A stretch of 50,476 nt of DNA from Sulfurimonadaceae bacterium (GCA_041562075.1 JBFEYO010000001.1:1-50476), one strand, 5' to 3'; shown: positions 20,458-30,639, counted from the stretch's first letter. Translations and numbers: made by a program. Notes: generated by a model not told the origin, from the letters alone.

Positions 20458-21573
20458 CTAGGCTTCCACTGCTTTGAAATAGACGTCATTGAAGATACGG
20501 TTTGCCGTACCGTCATACTCACGTCTACCCAGTTTTGCCAAAGCAAGCTCAACCGCATTAACAACCCAAGCGGATTCATAGGGCTTGATCAGTCCCATCT
20601 GATTGATACGGAAGATCTTGCCCTTAAGGTGATCCTGACCACCGGCCACATTCACATCATAATCTGATTTTAGAATGTTGCGGATTTCAGAAGCATGCTC
20701 ATCATCGATCGTCGTCATTGACTTTGCCGGGCTTGCCGGATAGGAGTGTAATCCTATCGCTTCAAGAGCGCTTCGCGTCGCAACTGCCCGTGCAGCTGTC
20801 TGCTTATACAGCTTCTCCAGTCCACCCTGGGCATCGATCTCTTTTAGAATCGCATTCAGACCGATCGTCAATGTCGTCGCTGCAGTCCATGCCGTAGTGT
20901 TTTGGCGTTGTTTCTTGATCTCTGTTGCCAGATTAAGGTAGTACCCCTTGCCTGCACCGATCTTTTCAATCGCAGCATTACTAAGACCAAGAATGGCAAG
21001 TCCCGGAGGTAGCATCAATGCTTTTTGACTCCCTGCCAGTACGGCATCGATATTCGTCACATCGATCTTTTCCACACCCATTGCCGTAATACCGTCAGCA
21101 ATGATCATCACTTCCGGACGTAGGTTCTTTACCGCTTGTGCGATCTCTTCGACCGGATGACGGAGTCCCCCTGCCGATTCAGAGATCTGCACCGCAATCG
21201 CATCGATCTGAGGGTTTGCTTCAAGGGCCTTAAGCACATCCTCTACCGAAGAAGGCGTGTCCCATTCATACTTAAGCTCGACATTTCCCAAGCCGTTGGC
21301 TTGAGCAATCTTTCCAAAACGCTCACCGAATTTTCCGGCATTGACATTTAAAAGCGTATCATGACAAAGATTAATCACCGCAGCTTCCATCGCGCCCGTA
21401 CCGCTGGTAGCAAGCATTACCACCTCATCTGTATTAAAAAGCTTGAACAGCTCTTTACGTGTCTCTTCGAAAATTGCTTCAAACTCCGGTGTACGGTGGT
21501 GAAGTGTTGGTTCCGCCATCGCTAGACGAATTGACTCTGGAACAGGGGTCGGCCCCGGTGTAAACAGTAACAT
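20458..21573 (-). CDS. Class V pyridoxal-phosphate aminotransferase (serine-pyruvate/alanine-glyoxylate or phosphoserine aminotransferase type)
   Basis: LLFTPGPTPVP is at the N-terminus and the PLP-lysine context is GSQKALMLPPG. The start is set at MLLFT (ATG 21571-21573), with AAGGA 6 nt upstream. The track ORF begins 33 codons earlier. Confidence 0.8.
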   Translation of the reverse strand: MLLFTPGPTPVPESIRLAMAEPTLHHRTPEFEAIFEETRKELFKLFNTDEVVMLATSGTGAMEAAVINLCHDTLLNVNAGKFGERFGKIAQANGLGNVELKYEWDTPSSVEDVLKALEANPQIDAIAVQISESAGGLRHPVEEIAQAVKNLRPEVMIIADGITAMGVEKIDVTNIDAVLAGSQKALMLPPGLAILGLSNAAIEKIGAGKGYYLNLATEIKKQRQNTTAWTAATTLTIGLNAILKEIDAQGGLEKLYKQTAARAVATRSALEAIGLHSYPASPAKSMTTIDDEHASEIRNILKSDYDVNVAGGQDHLKGKIFRINQMGLIKPYESAWVVNAVELALAKLGRREYDGTANRIFNDVYFKAVEA

Positions 21574-21768
21574 CTGTTTCCTTTGCATTAGATCTGTAGA
21601 TTTAAAACAGAGGTCCAAAAACCCATTTTTTAAACATACGGGCGCAATTATAGCTAAAGCATTGTTAGACAATGATAAAGCCTCTTATCTTTTCATATTT
21701 AACATGTGTTACCAAAATTTAACCCTTCCTCTGCTATCCTATCATTCGTAATCACAGCAAGGACTCTT

Positions 21769-22545
21769 ATGACACTTTACGAAGCGACGATTTTAGGTAT
21801 TGTCGAAGGTATTACCGAATATCTTCCCGTCTCCTCAACTGCACATATCGCACTGGCATCTCAAATGATGGGAATTCCCCAAGACAACTTCATGAATGCC
21901 TTTAATATCATTATACAGATCGCCCCTATTTTTTCAGTCATGATCATCTATTACGAGACCCTCTTTCAAAGCATTGATATCTGGAAGAAACTGATCGCTT
22001 CATTTATCCCAACAGGGGCCATAGGCTTTTTGTTTCACAAGCAGATCGAGCAGATGTTCTCTGCAAACAGCATCGTTTTATGGATGATTGCGACGGGTAT
22101 CTTCTTTTTGATCATCGAGTTTTTATATTCCAAGAGATCCCATTCTACTGAGGAGCTGGAAAATGTGAGCTATAAACAGGCAATACTGATTGGCTTTATT
22201 CAGGCCTTTTCTCTTATCCCCGGAGTTTCCCGCTCCGGAAGTACGATTCTTGGTGGCATGATGCTTGGTCTAAAACGTGAAACGGCGATGAGTTTCTCAT
22301 TTTTATTGGCCATACCTACGATGAGTGCCGCTTCGGGATATACCCTTTTAAAAGAGTATGCCAACTTCTCCTTTGACGGTATTTCTCTTATTCTTATCGG
22401 TTTTGTCGTCTCCTTTTTGGTCGGATGGGCAGCGGTCAAAGGCTTTTTAGCCCTTGTCGCCAAATACAACTTTACGCCATTTGGAATCTATCTGATTGCT
22501 TCTGGTGTACTATTTGGCCTATTTGGAGTAGAACTTCAAGGCTGA
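21769..22545 (+). CDS. uppP: Undecaprenyl-diphosphate phosphatase
   Basis: Motifs EGITEYLPVSSTAHI and PGVSRSGSTI are present, with eight TM segments. The start is set at MTLYEA (ATG 21769), with AAGGAC upstream. Confidence 0.9.
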   Translation: MTLYEATILGIVEGITEYLPVSSTAHIALASQMMGIPQDNFMNAFNIIIQIAPIFSVMIIYYETLFQSIDIWKKLIASFIPTGAIGFLFHKQIEQMFSANSIVLWMIATGIFFLIIEFLYSKRSHSTEELENVSYKQAILIGFIQAFSLIPGVSRSGSTILGGMMLGLKRETAMSFSFLLAIPTMSAASGYTLLKEYANFSFDGISLILIGFVVSFLVGWAAVKGFLALVAKYNFTPFGIYLIASGVLFGLFGVELQG

Positions 22546-22694
22546 CTTTCAAATTGTCAGCATGATTACGCAGATGACGCTGATTTTAAATCATCAGATA
22601 GATCCGTTTAATTATGCTGACGACTTTCTTATTCTCTTTTTTAACATCAGCCTGATGAATCCATGAAATCATGCTGACTTCTACCCTGGTTTGA

Positions 22695-22850
22695 TGCGGC
22701 TTCGCCTGACGTGTGTTCCAAACCGTTTCAAAGTTTGGAATAAACTTTTTTGCTAACGCAAAAACCGCTTTCGCTAGTTCATTTGCGGCTTCGCCTGAAA
22801 CTTTTCACTTCGTGAAACCGCCATACGGCTAGTTTTGGAATTAAAATTGC
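22695..22850. repeat. Diverged tandem repeat (~89-bp period) in a non-coding gap
   Basis: The exact 15-mer tgcggcttcgcctga occurs at 22695-22709 and 22784-22798. Both units end with (a)gtttggaat(a/t)aaa. The related segments aaaccgctttcgctagtt and aaaccgccatacggctagtt also occur. Confidence 0.7.
22716..22751 (+). terminator. Intrinsic-terminator-like hairpin with a T-run
   Basis: ttccaaac-cgtttcaaa-gtttggaa forms an 8-bp stem followed by taaactttttt. It lies 170 nt after the uppP stop. Confidence 0.5.
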
Positions 22851-22890
22851 TTATTAATTTGTGTGGGGAAACTGACACAAAGGAACAACC

Positions 22891-22977
22891 ATGCCATTGA
22901 AAACACTTCACACCATTGAGCGCATCTTCCAATCACTCGACTCACTATTATACGCGTTCAGTAAAAAAGTACTCTAA
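22891..22977 (+). CDS. Possible 28-codon small protein
   Basis: The ATG is preceded by AAGGA at 6-nt spacing. The product, MPLKTLHTIERIFQSLDSLLYAFSKKVL, could form an amphipathic helix. A strong hairpin follows the stop. There is no homology evidence. Confidence 0.25.
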   Translation: MPLKTLHTIERIFQSLDSLLYAFSKKVL

Positions 22978-22988
22978 TTACGAACATT

Positions 22989-23013
22989 GTACTTCGGAAC
23001 CATTCCGAAGTGC
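22989..23013 (+). terminator. Strong stem-loop after the small ORF (no U-tract)
   Basis: In gtacttcggaa-cca-ttccgaagtgc, the 8 core pairs are perfect and the stem extends to about 11 pairs including one G-T pair. Confidence 0.3.
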
Positions 23014-23080
23014 GGTGCCTCATAAATCACAAACTCAACTTATGCTATACTAATTCTTTCAAGCTATTCTAGGACTATAA

Positions 23081-24721
23081 TTGATTCGCCTCTGGCTACT
23101 ATTTATCTGCTCACTGCAACTACTCCATGCCTCACTTCTTTTAACCAACGACACGCTTCCAGCCAAAAATTTTAAATTATCATACTACTATGATATCAGC
23201 AATACACAAGACATCAATGATATTCAAAACATCTCCTTTGATAAAGAACTCGACAGCCAATTTGCACTGGGTTACCTGGATGGGACCAGCTGGTTTAAGA
23301 TCGACCTGACAAACCAAAGCGAAACAGAGGATTTCATACTTTACTTTACTGAACCCTCAACGGAACGCTTCAATCTCTACACCAAAGAAGATGGAAAATG
23401 GAGTAAACAAGAACTCGGGTTTTTAACACCCATGGATGAACGGGAAATATATGATGCCAATCCGGTATTTCAACTCCATCTCAAACAGGGTCAGAGCAAG
23501 ACCTACTACATCCAGTTCTACGCCAAGTTTTCCCATATTGGAGAGTTTCAGCTGTATGATCTAAAATCCTTTTTAACCCATGACAAGATGATCATGACGA
23601 ATCTCTACCTGTTTTACTTTGGCGCCCTTTTGATGATCATCCTATTAAATGCCTTTTTATTCTTACGTCTGGGTGAGATTATCTATGCCTATTATGCAGC
23701 CTATGTCGGTTTTTTCTTTTTGTTTATTATCATTTTTGCAGGATTTGACATACTGGCAGGATTTGGAGAATGGCACTATCCATTACACTTTTCCGTACCA
23801 ATGGTAATGTTCTTTTTAATTCTTTTTTCATCCCATTTTCTTGAACTCAAGCAGTATATGCCTCGGATAGATAATATCCTTAAAACGATGATCTTTGCTT
23901 ATTTTATCTTTGCTATACTGATCTTTATCAGCGTTGATCCCTGGTATGAATATATGAATCATCTCAGCACCCTCGCCTTTATCATCCTTCTATGGGCATC
24001 AGTTTATATGTCGACGAAAGGCCATAAGGCCGCACAATATTATCTTGTCATTATGCTACCTAATATTATTTTTCTAGGCTTGATGGCCAATGTTTTTACC
24101 GGACAGATAGAGAATAACGATCTGAATCGTTACGGTTTTCTTTTTACCTCATTCTTTGAGATCAACTTTTTTGCACTCATACTCGCAAACCGCTTTTATG
24201 AGACAAAGGAACTGGCTAACCGCGATCCGTTGACCGGTCTATACAACCGACGTTATTTTGCCGGAATAGCCAATGACTTTGTACATAATGCGATCCGATA
24301 TCAACACCCTTTGACACTCTTCATGATCGATATCGATGACTTTAAGGTGATCAATGACACTTACGGACATGATGTCGGCGATGACGTTATCATCAAACTC
24401 TCCCGTTTACTTAAAAAACATGCACGTGAGAGTGATATTATTGTTCGATTTGGAGGCGAAGAGTTCGTCATCCTTCTGCCGGAGACCTCCTTGCTTGAAG
24501 CCCAGACACTAGCTTCAAGGATTCTGCGTCAATTTTCCAGCGAAGGTTTTCAAATAGCAAACAAGGAACTTGAACTTACTATCAGTATTGGCTTGGCTGA
24601 GTTTAACAGACAACGGGATCATCATATTGAAGATCTAATCAAAAAAGCAGACCTTGGGCTTTACAAAGCCAAAGAAAGCGGTAAGAATCAGATCATTACC
24701 TTTGAACACCCCGTATCCTAA
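23081..24721 (+). CDS. 7TMR-DISM-type sensor diguanylate cyclase (extracytoplasmic domain, 7 TM helices, GGDEF domain)
   Basis: It has a signal-like N-terminus, a ~170-aa periplasmic domain and seven hydrophobic helices. These are followed by [27 protein letters not shown] and RESD..RFGGEEF (active site plus I-site). The apparent start is TTG, with AGGAC 5 nt upstream. Confidence 0.8.
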   Translation: MIRLWLLFICSLQLLHASLLLTNDTLPAKNFKLSYYYDISNTQDINDIQNISFDKELDSQFALGYLDGTSWFKIDLTNQSETEDFILYFTEPSTERFNLYTKEDGKWSKQELGFLTPMDEREIYDANPVFQLHLKQGQSKTYYIQFYAKFSHIGEFQLYDLKSFLTHDKMIMTNLYLFYFGALLMIILLNAFLFLRLGEIIYAYYAAYVGFFFLFIIIFAGFDILAGFGEWHYPLHFSVPMVMFFLILFSSHFLELKQYMPRIDNILKTMIFAYFIFAILIFISVDPWYEYMNHLSTLAFIILLWASVYMSTKGHKAAQYYLVIMLPNIIFLGLMANVFTGQIENNDLNRYGFLFTSFFEINFFALILANRFYETKELANRDPLTGLYNRRYFAGIANDFVHNAIRYQHPLTLFMIDIDDFKVINDTYGHDVGDDVIIKLSRLLKKHARESDIIVRFGGEEFVILLPETSLLEAQTLASRILRQFSSEGFQIANKELELTISIGLAEFNRQRDHHIEDLIKKADLGLYKAKESGKNQIITFEHPVS

Positions 24722-25323
24722 CGTGATCTACGCTGATAGATACTATGCAGAATATATGCGGCATTATTCAATGCCTGGGAACGGTGTGACAATTTCGACT
24801 TTATCATGTCATCCAACTCCCCTAGGGTCTTATCAAACCCCAAAGGGATAAAACAAGGGTCATATCCAAATCCGCCTTCCCCTCTGGCCTCGGTGATCAC
24901 TTCTCCGTACATCCATCCGTGAGTCGTATATTCCCCTTCCTTGCAGACGATGGCAATAGCCGCTGTATAATGTGCCGGTGAACGTTCCAGACCTTTGGCC
25001 TTCACCTCTTCCATCAACTTATTCAGGTTCTCCTTGTCACCGGCTTTCTCCCCGGCATAACGGGCCGAAAAAACACCGGGTTCACCATCCAGTCCTTCCA
25101 CACTGATACCGCTGTCATCAGAAAGTACGATAAGTTCATCATCTCCCAAAGCGTCATACACTGCACGGGCCTTGATCAGAGCATTTCCCTTAAAGTCCGG
25201 CTTATCTTCAACGATCTCAAATGCCTCGATCAGATCACTGTAGGGCACCACCTCAAACTCGCTATACAGTTGTGTGATCTCACGTACCTTTCCCTTGTTC
25301 CCCGTCGCTAAAACCAGTTTCAT
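24718..25323 (-). CDS. rdgB: Non-canonical purine NTP (dITP/XTP) pyrophosphatase
   Basis: Motifs [23 protein letters not shown] and [10 protein letters not shown] are present. Its stop overlaps the convergent GGDEF gene stop by 4 nt. Confidence 0.92.
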   Translation of the reverse strand: MKLVLATGNKGKVREITQLYSEFEVVPYSDLIEAFEIVEDKPDFKGNALIKARAVYDALGDDELIVLSDDSGISVEGLDGEPGVFSARYAGEKAGDKENLNKLMEEVKAKGLERSPAHYTAAIAIVCKEGEYTTHGWMYGEVITEARGEGGFGYDPCFIPLGFDKTLGELDDMIKSKLSHRSQALNNAAYILHSIYQRRSR

Positions 25324-25500
25324 GCATTTCCTTTGGCTGATACTATTTCTTCATTATGAATAAGACTTAAAAATAATGCTCAACATATAAATAGAGGTTT
25401 ACTTAAATAAAATTCATTATAATTGCGTAATTTTAACGTAAATGTAGGGATGCATCACCCTTGGTCATCCTTACCATCGTTTATTTCAAGGAATTTCTGT

Positions 25501-26832
25501 ATGTTTAAAAAGATTTGGTCCCTCTCTGCGATCCTTGCACTTCGTTTTCTTGGTCTCTTCCTCGTACTTCCAGTTCTCTCGGTTTATGCCATGGGGATGC
25601 AAGATGCAACTGCCTTATTGGTTGGAATTATTGTTGGAGGATATGCACTGACACAGGCAATCTTTCAAGTTCCTTTTGGAAGTATCAGTGACAAAATAGG
25701 ACGTAAACCCACTCTTGTCTTTGGTCTTTTAATCTTCCTTGCCGGTTCCGTTCTTGCTGCAGTAAGTGAGTCTATCTGGACGCTGATGCTGGGACGTTTC
25801 CTGCAGGGTGCCGGTGCTATCGGTTCCGTTATTCCAGCAATGATCTCAGATCTGGTACCTGAAGAATCCCGCGGTAAGGCTATGGCGATGATGGGCGGTT
25901 CCATTGCACTGAGTTTCGCTCTGGCCATGGGTCTTGGTCCTGTACTTGGCGCTTCTTTTGGTGTCGCATCCCTCTTTTGGCTGACAGCTGCTTTTGCTTT
26001 TATCGCCATTATCCTTGTCTTTATCAAGGTTCCTACACCACCGCGTATCCATCATGTCTATCATGATAAAATCAAAACCAAGGACATCTTCAAAGACTCC
26101 AATCTTTTGGGAATGTTTATCATCAACGGGATGCAAAAAGGCCTCATGACCATCTCCTTTGTACTGATCCCGCTTATCATGACCTCTAAAATTGAAGAGG
26201 GCGGTTTTGCCTGGGAAAAATCCGAACTCTGGATGGTCTATCTTCCGGCCATGATCTTTGGACTGATCGCCATGGGACCTGCGGCAGTATTTGGTGAAAA
26301 ACATAATAAAGCCAAACAGATCTTCCTTGTCTCTATCGTACTTTTTATCACCTCTTTCCTGCTCATGGGACTGAGTAACTCAGCAACGCTTTTTATCGTC
26401 GGTGTCGTTTCTTTCTTTATCGGTTTTAATATGATGGAGCCATTAGTGCAGTCACTTATTTCTAAATATGCCAAGGTTCACCAAAAGGGTACGGCTTTAG
26501 GGATATCGAATACCGCAGCCTATCTGATGACCTTTATCGGAGGTACCTTCGCGGGACTGATGCTTGATCATGCGGACCGTTCACTTCTTGGGCTATCCCT
26601 TGCCGGAGTAGGTCTATTATGGTTAATCTGGACAGCACTTCGCCTCTCCAACCCTATCCCTCATGCACATCTCTATGCTGCACAGGAGAGTGTTGATATG
26701 CAAAAACTTGAAGCCTTGGAGCATGATGCCATTGCCGAATGGTATCTTAATGAGACCGAAAAACTTGTCGTTGTTAAATATAAAAAAGATGCTATCAGTG
26801 AAGAGGATCTGCGAACTAAAATCATACATTAA
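25501..26832 (+). CDS. MFS transporter with a ~60-aa C-terminal soluble extension (YajR-like architecture)
   Basis: There are 12 TM segments and the MFS motif A is GSISDKIGRKPTL. The hydrophilic tail is ..EALEHDAIAEWYLNETEKLVVVKYKKDAISEEDL... The start is set at MFKKIW (ATG 25501). The track ORF begins 26 codons earlier. Confidence 0.8.
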   Translation: MFKKIWSLSAILALRFLGLFLVLPVLSVYAMGMQDATALLVGIIVGGYALTQAIFQVPFGSISDKIGRKPTLVFGLLIFLAGSVLAAVSESIWTLMLGRFLQGAGAIGSVIPAMISDLVPEESRGKAMAMMGGSIALSFALAMGLGPVLGASFGVASLFWLTAAFAFIAIILVFIKVPTPPRIHHVYHDKIKTKDIFKDSNLLGMFIINGMQKGLMTISFVLIPLIMTSKIEEGGFAWEKSELWMVYLPAMIFGLIAMGPAAVFGEKHNKAKQIFLVSIVLFITSFLLMGLSNSATLFIVGVVSFFIGFNMMEPLVQSLISKYAKVHQKGTALGISNTAAYLMTFIGGTFAGLMLDHADRSLLGLSLAGVGLLWLIWTALRLSNPIPHAHLYAAQESVDMQKLEALEHDAIAEWYLNETEKLVVVKYKKDAISEEDLRTKIIH

Positions 26833-26848
26833 GTCTTCTCTTATCCGA

Positions 26849-26887
26849 AAACAAATATCATAAAATTATCTTATAGGATATTTGTTT
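26849..26887. promoter_or_regulatory. Perfect 11-bp inverted repeat between the MFS gene and the next GGDEF gene (terminator or operator)
   Basis: The repeat is aaacaaatatc (26849-26859) - 17 nt - gatatttgttt (26877-26887). It overlaps the TTG that the ORF track uses as the start. Confidence 0.4.
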
Positions 26888-26896
26888 AGGACTTCC

Positions 26897-28561
26897 ATGC
26901 GTAAAAGCCGTTTTGTCACCTTTTCCTTTATGTTGATCGTTTACTTCATCACGATGAGCCTATATTATCAACAAACCCACCATATTATTATCAATGAGAC
27001 GGAGAAGAATATTGAGGATACTCTGCTTTCTCAACGGGCTCTGGCAAACCTTGTCAGCAAGGTTCAAAAACCTGAAATCTATAAGCTGAAGATAGATGGT
27101 GTCTTAGACCGGGACTATTTCTCTCCCGCCCTTCTTTCAAGCTCCTTCATCACTACCAAACTCAATGAGTATGCCAATGTCGAGCGCAAGAAGCTGGGAA
27201 GAGACCCCTTGCACTTCAAATATGCCTCACCTAATCCTACCAATCCTAAAAACATGGCAGATCTGTTTGAACTTAATATCTATCAAAAGTTTCAGTCTAC
27301 TTCCATACGCACTTATAAAGAAGTCATTGTTCAAGACAATGAAGAGTATCTCTATTATGCTATCGCCGGGCAAATCATGGAAAAGCGCTGTCTTAGATGC
27401 CATGGAGATCCGGCAAAAGCACCTGGGGCCTTGGTTGATGCATACGGCACGGAGAACGGATTCGGTTATAAAACAGGAGAACTCTCTTCCATAATCTCTG
27501 TCAAAGTCCCCTTGGAAGGTATCTATAAGAAAAATGACGAACAGTTCTTCAAGATCGCAATGATTATTCTTTGTGCCTTTATCCTGCTCTATATCATTGC
27601 TGAGCTTTTCAACACCCGCATGGAGAAAAAAGAACGCGCCTTCCAAGAAGCCAAACTGCAACAAGAAGCCGATAAAATCCGAACTCAAGCACTTGAAAAT
27701 TCCCTGGAGCATCTGTATGAACACGTCATCTCCTCCCAATTTGACATGAAAGGAAAACTGATCAATGTCAGCGATGCCCTTTGCCGTCTCTCCGGCTATA
27801 ATAAAGAAGAATTAATCGGGCAGAACTTCTGTTACTTCAGACACCCCGATACTCCAGATTCCATCTTCCAAAGTATTTGGAAGACCCTCATCAAAGGTGG
27901 AAAGTGGACGGGAGAAGTCAAGAATATCTCCAAAACAGGTGAAGTATTCTGGGTAGAAACGGTCATTTCACCAATGAAAAACGAGCATAATATCACCTAT
28001 GCCTTTGAAGCGGTGATGCGAGTTATTACGGAGAAAAAGGCCCTTTTGGAAGATATCAATATCGATCCTTTAACCTCACTGCTCAATCGTCGCAGCTTCG
28101 AAAAACATTACCTAAAAGAAAAGAATCGTGCCAAACGCGATCGTAAGTATTTCGCCCTGTTAATGATCGACATTGACCACTTTAAAGAATATAATGACCT
28201 ATACGGCCATGTCAAAGGAGATGAAGCCCTCCAAAAAGTATCCCGCAATCTGCAGCGAAGCTTCCGTCGTTCTTCAGATCTGATCTTTCGTCTGGGGGGA
28301 GAAGAGTTTGCTGTACTCACTTCAGAAAAAGAGATAGAACGGGTTATTGAATCCGCCGAAAATGCCTGTGATAAACTGTCCCAGGAGTGTATCACGCATG
28401 AAAAAAATGATGAGCTAAAGTGTATGACAATCTCTATTGGTGTTGCTATCATCCCCCAAGACTCCAATCTAAGTCTTGAAGAGGTCTATCAAAAAAGTGA
28501 TGAAGCCCTTTACCGGGCGAAACAAAACGGTAGAAACCGTGTCGAAGTTGTAGAGCTCTAA
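26897..28561 (+). CDS. Haem-c sensor (DUF3365-like) / TM / PAS / GGDEF diguanylate cyclase
   Basis: The periplasmic domain carries CLRCHG with GDPAKAPGALVDAYG. It is followed by a TM segment, a PAS domain (NKEELIGQNFCYF..GEVFWVE) and then DPLTSLLNRRSF, DIDHFKEYNDLYGH and RSSD..RLGGEEF. The start is set at ATG 26897, with AGGA 5 nt upstream. Confidence 0.75.
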   Translation: MRKSRFVTFSFMLIVYFITMSLYYQQTHHIIINETEKNIEDTLLSQRALANLVSKVQKPEIYKLKIDGVLDRDYFSPALLSSSFITTKLNEYANVERKKLGRDPLHFKYASPNPTNPKNMADLFELNIYQKFQSTSIRTYKEVIVQDNEEYLYYAIAGQIMEKRCLRCHGDPAKAPGALVDAYGTENGFGYKTGELSSIISVKVPLEGIYKKNDEQFFKIAMIILCAFILLYIIAELFNTRMEKKERAFQEAKLQQEADKIRTQALENSLEHLYEHVISSQFDMKGKLINVSDALCRLSGYNKEELIGQNFCYFRHPDTPDSIFQSIWKTLIKGGKWTGEVKNISKTGEVFWVETVISPMKNEHNITYAFEAVMRVITEKKALLEDINIDPLTSLLNRRSFEKHYLKEKNRAKRDRKYFALLMIDIDHFKEYNDLYGHVKGDEALQKVSRNLQRSFRRSSDLIFRLGGEEFAVLTSEKEIERVIESAENACDKLSQECITHEKNDELKCMTISIGVAIIPQDSNLSLEEVYQKSDEALYRAKQNGRNRVEVVEL

Positions 28562-28567
28562 AAAATA

Positions 28568-29776
28568 CTACAGGGCTAAAAGATTGATTACACGGGCTGT
28601 TTCACCCGCCTTTAATCCACCCTCGTCTTCCCCGGTCATCAAGAGAGCACATGCACCAAGCATATTCGTAAGGATCGCTGAAGACCCCACCTTTTTACCC
28701 TCAAAATCAATTTCATAGCGGCCATGGTTAAAAGAGAGATTACAAGGAGTAAATTCCGTCTTTTTCGCCCGCTTATTAAAGTCTTGTAACAGTGTCGCTT
28801 CAACTATCGGAAGCGCAGCATCAAGGGCCATCATGCGTCTAAGGATTGGAATAACATACAAGATGAACGTCACCGTTGAAGAAAAAGCGAATCCCGGTAA
28901 TGCGACAATGAACTTATTCCCCTTTTGTGCCAACATCACATGCTGTCCCGGTTTAATACGCACTCCCTTGTAGATCACTTCTGCACCCAGGGCCGGGATG
29001 ATATCTTTGACGAAATCGTAATCCCCTACACTCACGCCCCCTGTCGTCACAATAATATCCGCGCCCAACAAAGCATTTTCAAAGGCCTGAGTGATGGAAG
29101 CTCTGTCATCCTTAACGATTCCCAACTGTACAGCGGTACCTCCCGCCTGTTCAGCCAGTGCGGCAAGGGTATAGTTATTGGACGAACGTATCTGAGAGGC
29201 GTGGTGAGCATTCTCACCAAGATCCAATATCTCAGAACCTGTGGAGAGTACCGCTATCCGCGGTCGTACAAAGACGGCTGCCATGACGACGTTCAACGAA
29301 GCCATCACGCCGATCTCGGCATATCCCAGTTTCGTGCCCTTCTTGATCAGGACCTCACCCTCGTGGAAACTTTCACCTACCGGACGTACTGCAAAACCTT
29401 CTGGCACCTTCTCATTAATACGGATCACTCCATCCTCAAAAGTGACATTTTCAATCGGAATCAAAGTATCCGCACCCGCAGGCATCAAGGAACCGGTAAA
29501 GGTCTTGATACACACGCCCGGAGTAACAACTCCGATCTCTTCTGCCCCTGCAGGGTTATCGGCACTGGAAACTTGCAGTTCCCCTTTTTCCTGATCCGAA
29601 AAGATCAGTGCATAGCCATCCATGGCCGAAGTGGGATACATGGGAGAGTTCTCTTGGGCGACAATATCCTCTGCCAGTATATGCCCGAGAGCATCCGATA
29701 AAAAGACTCTTTCAACTGCTGTTGTACCTATCTCAACCTTTGCCAGCTGTTCTACGGACTCATTATATGAGATCAT
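28568..29776 (-). CDS. moeA: Molybdopterin molybdenumtransferase
   Basis: Motifs PTSAMDGYA, STGSEI and TTGGVSVGDYD are present, and the length is 402 aa. Confidence 0.92.
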   Translation of the reverse strand: MISYNESVEQLAKVEIGTTAVERVFLSDALGHILAEDIVAQENSPMYPTSAMDGYALIFSDQEKGELQVSSADNPAGAEEIGVVTPGVCIKTFTGSLMPAGADTLIPIENVTFEDGVIRINEKVPEGFAVRPVGESFHEGEVLIKKGTKLGYAEIGVMASLNVVMAAVFVRPRIAVLSTGSEILDLGENAHHASQIRSSNNYTLAALAEQAGGTAVQLGIVKDDRASITQAFENALLGADIIVTTGGVSVGDYDFVKDIIPALGAEVIYKGVRIKPGQHVMLAQKGNKFIVALPGFAFSSTVTFILYVIPILRRMMALDAALPIVEATLLQDFNKRAKKTEFTPCNLSFNHGRYEIDFEGKKVGSSAILTNMLGACALLMTGEDEGGLKAGETARVINLLAL

Positions 29777-29803
29777 TCACACTTTCCTTTTTCATTATCC
29801 TGT

Positions 29804-30256
29804 CTATTTTGACCCGGAGATGTCCAAAAGACCACTTCCCTTGATCTGTGTCGAACGCTCCTTGGCATAAACACGCTGACCATCCTTGAGGTCATATTTC
29901 CATATAGGGGCACTGGCCTTGAAATCCTCAACAAATTCCTGAATCATCTCCAGAGCCACACGGCGTTTGGGCGAGAATACTGCCGCAATATAAGAAGATT
30001 GGTGTAAAGGAACATCACCTCGGGAGTGCGCCATCTTCAAAATAGCCCCAGCCTGCTTGGCCTTAAGCTGCCAGGCGTCATACCAGGAATTAAGAATCGG
30101 CTCATAGATATCAAAACTGAGGCCGCTGATACCATCCTCATCACGGATGGTACCGATGAAGGGGATAAAGGCACCGTAATTACTGTTGGCCTCTTCCTGG
30201 TACCAACGGGCAAGGGTCTCTTCTACGGGAACAGGACCATCATATAATTCTAACAT
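29804..30256 (-). CDS. moaE: Molybdopterin synthase catalytic subunit
   Basis: It has the MoaE-like segment HSRGDV...AAVFSPKRRVA...APIWKYD. The start is set at MLELYDG, overlapping the moaD stop as TGATG. Confidence 0.85.
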   Translation of the reverse strand: MLELYDGPVPVEETLARWYQEEANSNYGAFIPFIGTIRDEDGISGLSFDIYEPILNSWYDAWQLKAKQAGAILKMAHSRGDVPLHQSSYIAAVFSPKRRVALEMIQEFVEDFKASAPIWKYDLKDGQRVYAKERSTQIKGSGLLDISGSK

Positions 30257-30477
30257 CAACCACCACACACTGGAGGGAGTAATGAGACCTTATCCCCACT
30301 GTTCAAGGCTGTATTTAAATCCATGACCATCACATCATTAACGGCTACCGCACAGGTTTCTATCCAGGTTTTAAGTTCCGCGTCCTCACTTAAATGTTTT
30401 GCAACATCATTAAGCGTCTGCGCCTGCATCTTTATACTCTCTTTTTGTATCGGCCCTAAAAATTCGATAGTAATCAT
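30256..30477 (-). CDS. moaD: Molybdopterin synthase sulfur-carrier subunit
   Basis: It is a 73-aa ubiquitin-like protein ending in PPVCGG (C-terminal Gly-Gly) and is coupled to moaE. Confidence 0.85.
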   Translation of the reverse strand: MITIEFLGPIQKESIKMQAQTLNDVAKHLSEDAELKTWIETCAVAVNDVMVMDLNTALNSGDKVSLLPPVCGG

Positions 30478-30611
30478 GACATCTCTCCATACACATCTAT
30501 CTCGTATTGTAAATAATCGTGATTATATCCAAATTAGGCTCATACCTAGGTTAGACAGCCATATTGGATGCTTCAACACACAACAATTAAGGTTTTTTAT
30601 GTTTTTTTTAG

Positions 30612-30617
30612 TATAAT
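30612..30617 (+). promoter_or_regulatory. -10 box (tagTATAAT) for the first degenerate-GGDEF paralogue
   Basis: The sequence ttttttttagTATAATtc matches the 9-mer tagtataat found upstream of the second paralogue. It lies 22 nt upstream of GTG 30640. Confidence 0.4.
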
Positions 30618-30639
30618 TCAATTAAAAAAAGTATCTGAC

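Noticed and set aside
30478-30600. Moco riboswitch upstream of moaD-moaE.
   Set aside because: The leader between the likely -10 box and the moaD ATG is only about 45 nt, too short for the ~150-nt Moco RNA motif. No matching conserved stems were seen.
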